In this document: positions 16,927 to 22,450 of the stretch, piece after piece
Numbering within the stretch: position 1 is the stretch's first letter
Layout: each line of letters starts with the position of its first letter
Assembly: GCA_964397985.1 (NCBI GenBank)
Contig: CAYNLD010000013.1
Location: 2,586-34,585, forward strand
DNA: 32,000 bases
Direction of reading: 5' to 3'
Source of the DNA: an uncultured Propionibacteriaceae bacterium
Lineage (GTDB): Bacteria; Actinomycetota; Actinomycetes; Propionibacteriales; Propionibacteriaceae
Position numbers and translations under genes: made by a program
Notes under the pieces: model-generated
The model's database searches: none
The model's input: the letters and a program-made list of their open reading frames with translations, nothing else
Told to the model about the DNA's origin: nothing

Positions 16927-18105
16927 CTAGAGACCGAGTGCCTTGGCCTTCGCCGCGTCATAGTCCGCCTGCGTGATCAGCCCCGCGTCCAGCATCTCCT
17001 TGAACTTCGCCAGCTTGGCCACCGGATCCTCGGCCGCAGGCTGCGGGGTGGCCGGCGCGGCGGGAGCCTGCGGAGCGGGCGCCTGCACGGGCTGCTGGAG
17101 CGCGCCGATGCCGGTCGTGCCCGCCGCCATGCCCATGCCGACCAGCCCTCCGGGGCCGGCGTTCTCACCCGCGGCCTCGAAGCCGGCCGCGACCGAGGCC
17201 TGCAGGTTCGAGTTGCCCCGTCCGCCGGAGAGGGCGTCAGCACGCTGCACATTGCGCAGCAGCTCGCGGGTCATCTCGTCGTACTCGATCGAGATGATCG
17301 CCGTCGCAACGATCGCGAGGCCGCGCTCCGCGCGCCACTGGTAGTTCTCCTCGACCGCGGCGGAAAGGCTCCGCGCGAAGCCGTCGGAGTCCTGCTGGAT
17401 CTTGGTGATCCGCCCCTTCGCCGGGTCGTTGGTGTACATCGAGAAGGCCGGCGCAAGGGAGGCCACCACCTCGTTGAACAGCTGGGCGGCGGCGTCGTTC
17501 TCGATGTCGGTGAAGTCGAAGACCCGACCCGGTTCGAGGTAAGTCGCGGGCACGAACGACTTGATGAACAGGATCGGGTCGACGATCTTCAGGGTGTAGG
17601 TGCCCCGAGTGACCGCACCGACCTGCGCGTTCATGTAGGCGTCGTCCCAGTAGATCTCGGACTGGGTGCCAAAGCGGTTGTTGGGCAGCTCCTTGAGCGT
17701 GACGAAGTAGGCGCGCTGCTGGGTGCCGGGGCGTCCGCCGAACTTGAACCTCTCCCACGAGGTGGTGACGGTGGAACTCACGAGGTCGTTGCCCGCGAAG
17801 ATCGACTGGGAGTCCTGGGCCTCGGAGTTCCACTCGTAGGCGCCCGCCTGCGCGGCGAAGCCGGTGATGGCGCCGTCCTGCATCAGGACCAGGCCGTAGC
17901 CCTCGGGAACGAGGATGCGGCTGCCGTTGGTGATCACACCCTCGGAGCCGTGCGTGTTCGAGCCGCGCCCGGCGTTCTGCCCCTGCGGAACCGCCGCGAA
18001 CAGCGCTGCGGTCGGGGCCAGACCGCCCGGGACGGTGTAGAAGTCCTTCCACTGATCGGCAAGCGTTCCGCCGATTGCTCCGATCGCTGCCTGAATGAGT
18101 CCCAT
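16927..18105 (-). CDS. SPFH/Band-7-like protein (YdjI / 'virion core protein'-like) with a C-terminal SHOCT domain
   Basis: N-terminus MGLIQAAIGAIGGTLADQWKDFY and the central region are typical of the YdjI-like SPFH family. The C-terminal KLAKFKEMLDAGLITQADYDAAKAKALGL is a SHOCT motif. I chose the ATG at 18105 (AGGAG 6 nt upstream) over the TTG at 18108. Confidence 0.85.
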   Translation of the reverse strand: MGLIQAAIGAIGGTLADQWKDFYTVPGGLAPTAALFAAVPQGQNAGRGSNTHGSEGVITNGSRILVPEGYGLVLMQDGAITGFAAQAGAYEWNSEAQDSQSIFAGNDLVSSTVTTSWERFKFGGRPGTQQRAYFVTLKELPNNRFGTQSEIYWDDAYMNAQVGAVTRGTYTLKIVDPILFIKSFVPATYLEPGRVFDFTDIENDAAAQLFNEVVASLAPAFSMYTNDPAKGRITKIQQDSDGFARSLSAAVEENYQWRAERGLAIVATAIISIEYDEMTRELLRNVQRADALSGGRGNSNLQASVAAGFEAAGENAGPGGLVGMGMAAGTTGIGALQQPVQAPAPQAPAAPATPQPAAEDPVAKLAKFKEMLDAGLITQADYDAAKAKALGL

Positions 18106-18363
18106 CAAAGGCTCCTTCGTGTGTCGGGTCCCTGCCTGCCGCCGTTGGCAGGTCCGGGTAGGGGCCGTCTCCCCTGCACGAGCCTCACCCTACTGATCGG
18201 GCGGTGCGCAGGGCGACCACCCGGGGCTCGAACAACACCAACTGGTCGCCAGGACGTTCCGGTGTCGCCCGCCCGTCCCCGTCCCCGGGGCAATTCCCGC
18301 ACTGAGCGGGCCCGTGCCAACCGGATTCGAACCGCCCTATCGTGGGCCCAGCCGGGAGGTGGG

Positions 18364-20715
18364 ATGAGCTCCGACGACAGCAAGGGGCGGTGGGGGTGGA
18401 TCGCGGGCATACTCACCGGCTGCTGCCTGCTCTACGTGGGCTGGCTGGCCGCGATCGCTGTCCAGCCCGCGCTCCGCGGCGCGGCGCCGTCGTGGCTCGG
18501 CTCGATCGGTGACCCGGGCTCGTTGTCGTCGATGACGCTGGGTCTCCTGCTGGCGGCGGGCGCGTTCGGTGCCCTGCTCGCTGGCAGGAAGCCGGCCACC
18601 CTTCGGATCCCCTTCCTGCTCTCTGCCTGGTGCGCCGTCTGGGCCCTCCCGCTCGCGATGGCCGCCTATCTCCCCTGCGCCGGCGGCGCGCCGCCGTTCT
18701 GGACCGCCGTCTCCTCGACCCTCGCGCTGTTCCTGGGATCGTTCGACGTCCCGTTCGGCACCAGCGAGGCATGCAGCTATCCGATACCCCTCGGGCTCCA
18801 GCTGGCACGACTGCTGGCCATTGGCGCCACACTGAGCGGCGCCACCTCGGTGCTCTTCGCGGTCTCGAGGTCGCAGCTCGACCGATTCGGGCTGATCCGC
18901 TCCCGCAGCCTCACCGTGTTCGTCGACATGGACGCGGCGGCCCTGCCGCTTCTGCAGCGATCAGCGTCCCGAAAGGGCCGGGGCGGCAGGACGGTCCTGC
19001 TGACTGCCGGCGCGGACGAGTTCGCCGAACCGGCCCGGCTCGCCGGCGCCCTCGTCATCGCCACCGGCGCCAAGGATCCGCTCGGCCTCAGCGAGGCGAT
19101 GCCGTGGGCGAAGGTGACCTCGTGCTACCTGCTCTCCGCGGACCCCTCGACGAACCGGTCCCGAGCGCTGGAGCTGCGACGGCTGCTCTCGGGTGTTCCG
19201 GACGACCTGCGGCGTGCCGGCCGGATCCGGGTGGTCGCCCGGATCGATGATCCGTGGCAGGCCGACGACTGGCGCAAGAGGTTCATCGGTGACCCAGGCT
19301 TCGTCTTCGATGCCGTGAGCACGTTCGAGGCAACGGCGGACCTGCTGGTCGCCCGGCTGACGGACGGTCCGGCTCCCGCGCACCTGCTCGTCACCGGCGA
19401 CGCACCACTCGTGCTGGGCCTGTGCGCCGAACTCTCCCAGCACGGACGTGAGGCCCGGTTCCTGGACGGCGCCGCCGCACTGCCCGCGGTGACCGTGCTC
19501 GATCCGGACGCGACGGAACTCGTGGCGGACCACCGCCTGCGGCAGAGCCGGTTCGTGAGCGACCCCGTGCCGATCAGCGCCGTCGACGCCGCCGCATCGC
19601 TGGCGACCGTCGAGGAGCACCTGACCCGGCTCGGCGAGAACGAGGAGTGTGCAGTCGTGATCGCGTCTGCGGGTACGCGCCTCGGTAGCCGGCTCGCCCT
19701 GCGACACCCCGACCTGCTCGTGTACGAACTCGCCGGCGAACCGGGGGTGAACCATGTCGACGAGTCACCGGTCGGTCGCCTGCACACCTTCGGCCTCGGC
19801 CTGACCGACGCCGAGGGCAGCATCACCGATGTCTGGGAGCGGGCGGCGCAGGCGCTGCACGAGAGGTACCGGCGCCGCTTCCCCACCGCGCCGCTCTCGG
19901 TGCCCTGGTCCGAGCTGCCGAGCGAGCTGTACCGGGAGTCGAACCGCCGGCAGCTGCATTCCGTCCTCGACTCCGTGGCCGCACTCGGCCGGACGTGGGC
20001 TCCCACCGTGCCCGACCCGGCCGGCGGCGCGGAGGATGACTCCCCGGCCACGGGGACCGCGTCGGAGCGCGTGGCCGCCGGCCTGGTCCGATTCGGCCTC
20101 TCCGAGGCCGAGTTGGCCGAGGTGGCGCAACGGGAACACGAGTCGTGGGCGGCGCTGTTCACTCGCCACGGGTGGCGGTACGGTGCCGAACGGGACACCG
20201 CCGGACGCCGTCATCCCGACCTGCGACCGTGGGCAGAACTGGACGATGACGCGCGGCTGAAGACGGCGGCAGGTGTGGTCGACACGCTGTTCGCGCTCCG
20301 CGCGCTCGGCTACCGGGCGGTCCGGCCGGACGAGGCCGGCGGCTGGACGCTCTTCGAGCGGATCGGCGAGGTCACCGCCACGCGGCTGGACGCGCCTCAC
20401 GAGTGGCGGACGGAGGGTGGCGACGAGTTGGTCGGCGCACCCGGGGACTGGCTCGTGACCGACGGAGCGGACAGCCTCCGCACAGTCACGGACGCGAGCT
20501 TCCATGCAGGCCACGAGCACCTCACCGAGGACCGCTGGCGACGCGTCGGGACGGTCCGGGCGCGGCGCGCGGTTCCCGGCGAGGAGGTGCGGACCCAGGA
20601 GGGCCGCACCGTGGCGGGGACGGACAGCTGGGTGGCATCGGACGCCGACGGTCACCGATGGCTGGTCCCCGATGCCCAGCTCAGGGCGACCTACCGTCCG
20701 GCGAGCCAGGACTGA
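18364..20715 (+). CDS. multi-pass membrane protein with degenerate Rossmann-like regions, RyR domain(s) and a PGDYG-like C-terminal domain
   Basis: ATG at 18364 preceded by GGGAGGTGGG. About 5 TM helices lie in aa 10-167. RyR signature: REHESWAALFTRHGWRYGAERDTAGRRHPDLRPWAELDDDARLKTAAGVV. The C-terminus has APGDWLVTDGADSLRTVTDASF (PGDYG-like). The first 851 codons of track ORF 15811-20715 are antisense to real genes and were discarded. Confidence 0.75.
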   Translation: MSSDDSKGRWGWIAGILTGCCLLYVGWLAAIAVQPALRGAAPSWLGSIGDPGSLSSMTLGLLLAAGAFGALLAGRKPATLRIPFLLSAWCAVWALPLAMAAYLPCAGGAPPFWTAVSSTLALFLGSFDVPFGTSEACSYPIPLGLQLARLLAIGATLSGATSVLFAVSRSQLDRFGLIRSRSLTVFVDMDAAALPLLQRSASRKGRGGRTVLLTAGADEFAEPARLAGALVIATGAKDPLGLSEAMPWAKVTSCYLLSADPSTNRSRALELRRLLSGVPDDLRRAGRIRVVARIDDPWQADDWRKRFIGDPGFVFDAVSTFEATADLLVARLTDGPAPAHLLVTGDAPLVLGLCAELSQHGREARFLDGAAALPAVTVLDPDATELVADHRLRQSRFVSDPVPISAVDAAASLATVEEHLTRLGENEECAVVIASAGTRLGSRLALRHPDLLVYELAGEPGVNHVDESPVGRLHTFGLGLTDAEGSITDVWERAAQALHERYRRRFPTAPLSVPWSELPSELYRESNRRQLHSVLDSVAALGRTWAPTVPDPAGGAEDDSPATGTASERVAAGLVRFGLSEAELAEVAQREHESWAALFTRHGWRYGAERDTAGRRHPDLRPWAELDDDARLKTAAGVVDTLFALRALGYRAVRPDEAGGWTLFERIGEVTATRLDAPHEWRTEGGDELVGAPGDWLVTDGADSLRTVTDASFHAGHEHLTEDRWRRVGTVRARRAVPGEEVRTQEGRTVAGTDSWVASDADGHRWLVPDAQLRATYRPASQD

Positions 20716-22295
20716 TACTTCGCCGGGTAGTCCGACATCACGAGGTCGGGTTCCACCCGGCTGACCCGGTCCCACTGCTTCTCGTCGTTCGGCACCCAGA
20801 CCATCACCCGCAGGCCGATCGCCCGCAGCGCCTCGACGTAGCCTGCGTCCGCGATCCCCTGCTCGACCGCGACCGCCCAGAGCTGGTCCGCGGCCAGATC
20901 CGCTGCGGGAATGCGCGTGCCCGACACGAACAGCATCCGCCGGAACCCCGCGTCAGCCGCACGGATCGCCTCCAGCCGGGCCCTGTCCGCGGACGTGAAC
21001 ACCGTTCGGTCGGCGAGGCCGTACTTCGCCGGCTCGGCGAGCAGGCCGCTCAGCCTCGCGGGCGACATGTCGGTCTTCGCCTCGAGGAAGACCCACGCCG
21101 TAGGGCTCGCCGCAGCGATCCCCTCCAGCGTCGCGTCGAGCCTCGGCACCTCGTAGCTCGTCGGATCGACCGCGGTCGGCTTCGATCGACAGGTCGAGCT
21201 CAGTTTTGCCCACGTCACCTGCGAGACCCGGATCTCCTGGCCACCGCAGTCCAGGCCCTTGGTGGCCTTCTCGTCGTGGACGAGCACCGCGACCCCGTCG
21301 CTGGTGTAGCGGACGTCGGTCTCCACGGCGAAGCCCGATCGAGCAGCCGACTCCATCGCTGGCTGGGTCTCGAACTGGTGCTCCTCGAGCCCGCCCCGGT
21401 GGGCGAGGATCGGCGGGTTCGGCAGGTCGGCCGCGACCGCGCCGGTCGACGACGGGCCCGGGCTCGGCGTCAGGACCGGGGTCGGGGCCATCGGCGACGG
21501 TGACGGCGCGGTGCTGGTCGCCGCGACCTGCCGCCACGGCTGCCAGACCATCAGAGCAAGAATCAGAGCGAGCGCGAGTGCAGCAGCGCCGACGAGGATC
21601 GCCGGACGGGACCGGGTGCGGCGATGCGGGACCGCCAGTGGCGCGTCGGGCCCCCCGTCCGCAGGGAGGTGTGGCGCAGGCTCGATGTGGGTCGGCGGAA
21701 TCGGGGCTGCGTGGCTCGCGCGCGCGGCAGCCTCCTCAGGGGGTGCCGGCGCCGGAGCCGGGGGGACGGGGCTGGGCGCTTCGACCCCGGGCTGCGCGAC
21801 GCCCGGTTCGTCCGCGGGAGTCGGGTGGGCGAGGGACGTGGCGAGAGTTGCCAGGAGCCGATCGGTGTTGAACCCCACCGGGTTGATCTCCACGGCCTGC
21901 CGACGCGTGAGCGATGCCAACTCGCCGGGCAACTCTGCCGCCTCGGGCATTCTCGCGCCATCCACGAGGATGGGCACCACGCGCACCCCGCGGCTCAGCG
22001 CCGCGGTCAGCTCGATCCGCACGAAGTCGTCGGGATTGTCGAGGCGACGCCGACCCTTGTCGTCGGTCATGGCCAGCCACTGGGGCCCGATCAGGGCCAG
22101 AAGTACGTCGCAGGCACCGACAGCTTCGGTGATCCGGTCGACGAAATCATCTCCCGGGTCGATGTCGTCGACGTCCTTGAACACCGACTCGGCCCCGAAC
22201 CGGGACACCAGCACTTCGTACAGCTGCCGGGCCGGCCAGGCGGTCTCCTGGCGACGGTAGCTGATGAAGATCTTGCCGGCTGGTCCGGCTGGCAT
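20691..22295 (-). CDS. TIR domain - single TM - glycerophosphodiester phosphodiesterase (GDPD)-like fusion protein
   Basis: N-terminal KIFISYRRQE...DFVRIELTAAL (TIR_2-like). Then a Pro-rich linker, RRTRSRP plus the helix AILVGAAALALALILALMVW, then ILAHRGG...FAVETDVRYTSDGVAVLVHD (GDPD-like). A GAAGGGGGG RBS lies 4 nt before the ATG. Confidence 0.8.
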   Translation of the reverse strand: MPAGPAGKIFISYRRQETAWPARQLYEVLVSRFGAESVFKDVDDIDPGDDFVDRITEAVGACDVLLALIGPQWLAMTDDKGRRRLDNPDDFVRIELTAALSRGVRVVPILVDGARMPEAAELPGELASLTRRQAVEINPVGFNTDRLLATLATSLAHPTPADEPGVAQPGVEAPSPVPPAPAPAPPEEAAARASHAAPIPPTHIEPAPHLPADGGPDAPLAVPHRRTRSRPAILVGAAALALALILALMVWQPWRQVAATSTAPSPSPMAPTPVLTPSPGPSSTGAVAADLPNPPILAHRGGLEEHQFETQPAMESAARSGFAVETDVRYTSDGVAVLVHDEKATKGLDCGGQEIRVSQVTWAKLSSTCRSKPTAVDPTSYEVPRLDATLEGIAAASPTAWVFLEAKTDMSPARLSGLLAEPAKYGLADRTVFTSADRARLEAIRAADAGFRRMLFVSGTRIPAADLAADQLWAVAVEQGIADAGYVEALRAIGLRVMVWVPNDEKQWDRVSRVEPDLVMSDYPAKYQSWLAGR

Positions 22296-22450
22296 TCGAC
22301 CCCCCTTCGAACGTCTCGGGTCATGCTAGGCCTCGCCGCGGGCCCGGCGATGGTGGAATTTGTCGTGATCCGCGCTCGCCGGGCCAGCCCGGATGCGGAG
22401 TTGTGCCCGTTGTTGATGACGCACGGTCCCGTGCGGATCGAGAATGCGGG

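Noticed and set aside
18315-18335. tRNA-like T-loop motif (GGTTCGAATCC on the minus strand), possibly a tRNA or a tRNA-derived att remnant
   Set aside because: The flanking bases do not form a 5-bp T stem (GGCGG versus CCGGT). No acceptor, D or anticodon arms can be built. A full tRNA would overlap the start of the RyR-domain gene. No integrase or direct repeat partner is seen in the window.
15811-18363. N-terminal 851 codons of the 1634-aa plus-strand ORF (15811-20715)
   Set aside because: This part is antisense to the SPFH and zinc-ribbon genes, which have clear motifs. Its translation is Arg/Gly/Val/Asp-rich with no motif. A good RBS and ATG at 18364 begin the recognisable membrane protein. 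Long stop-free antisense frames are expected at this GC content.
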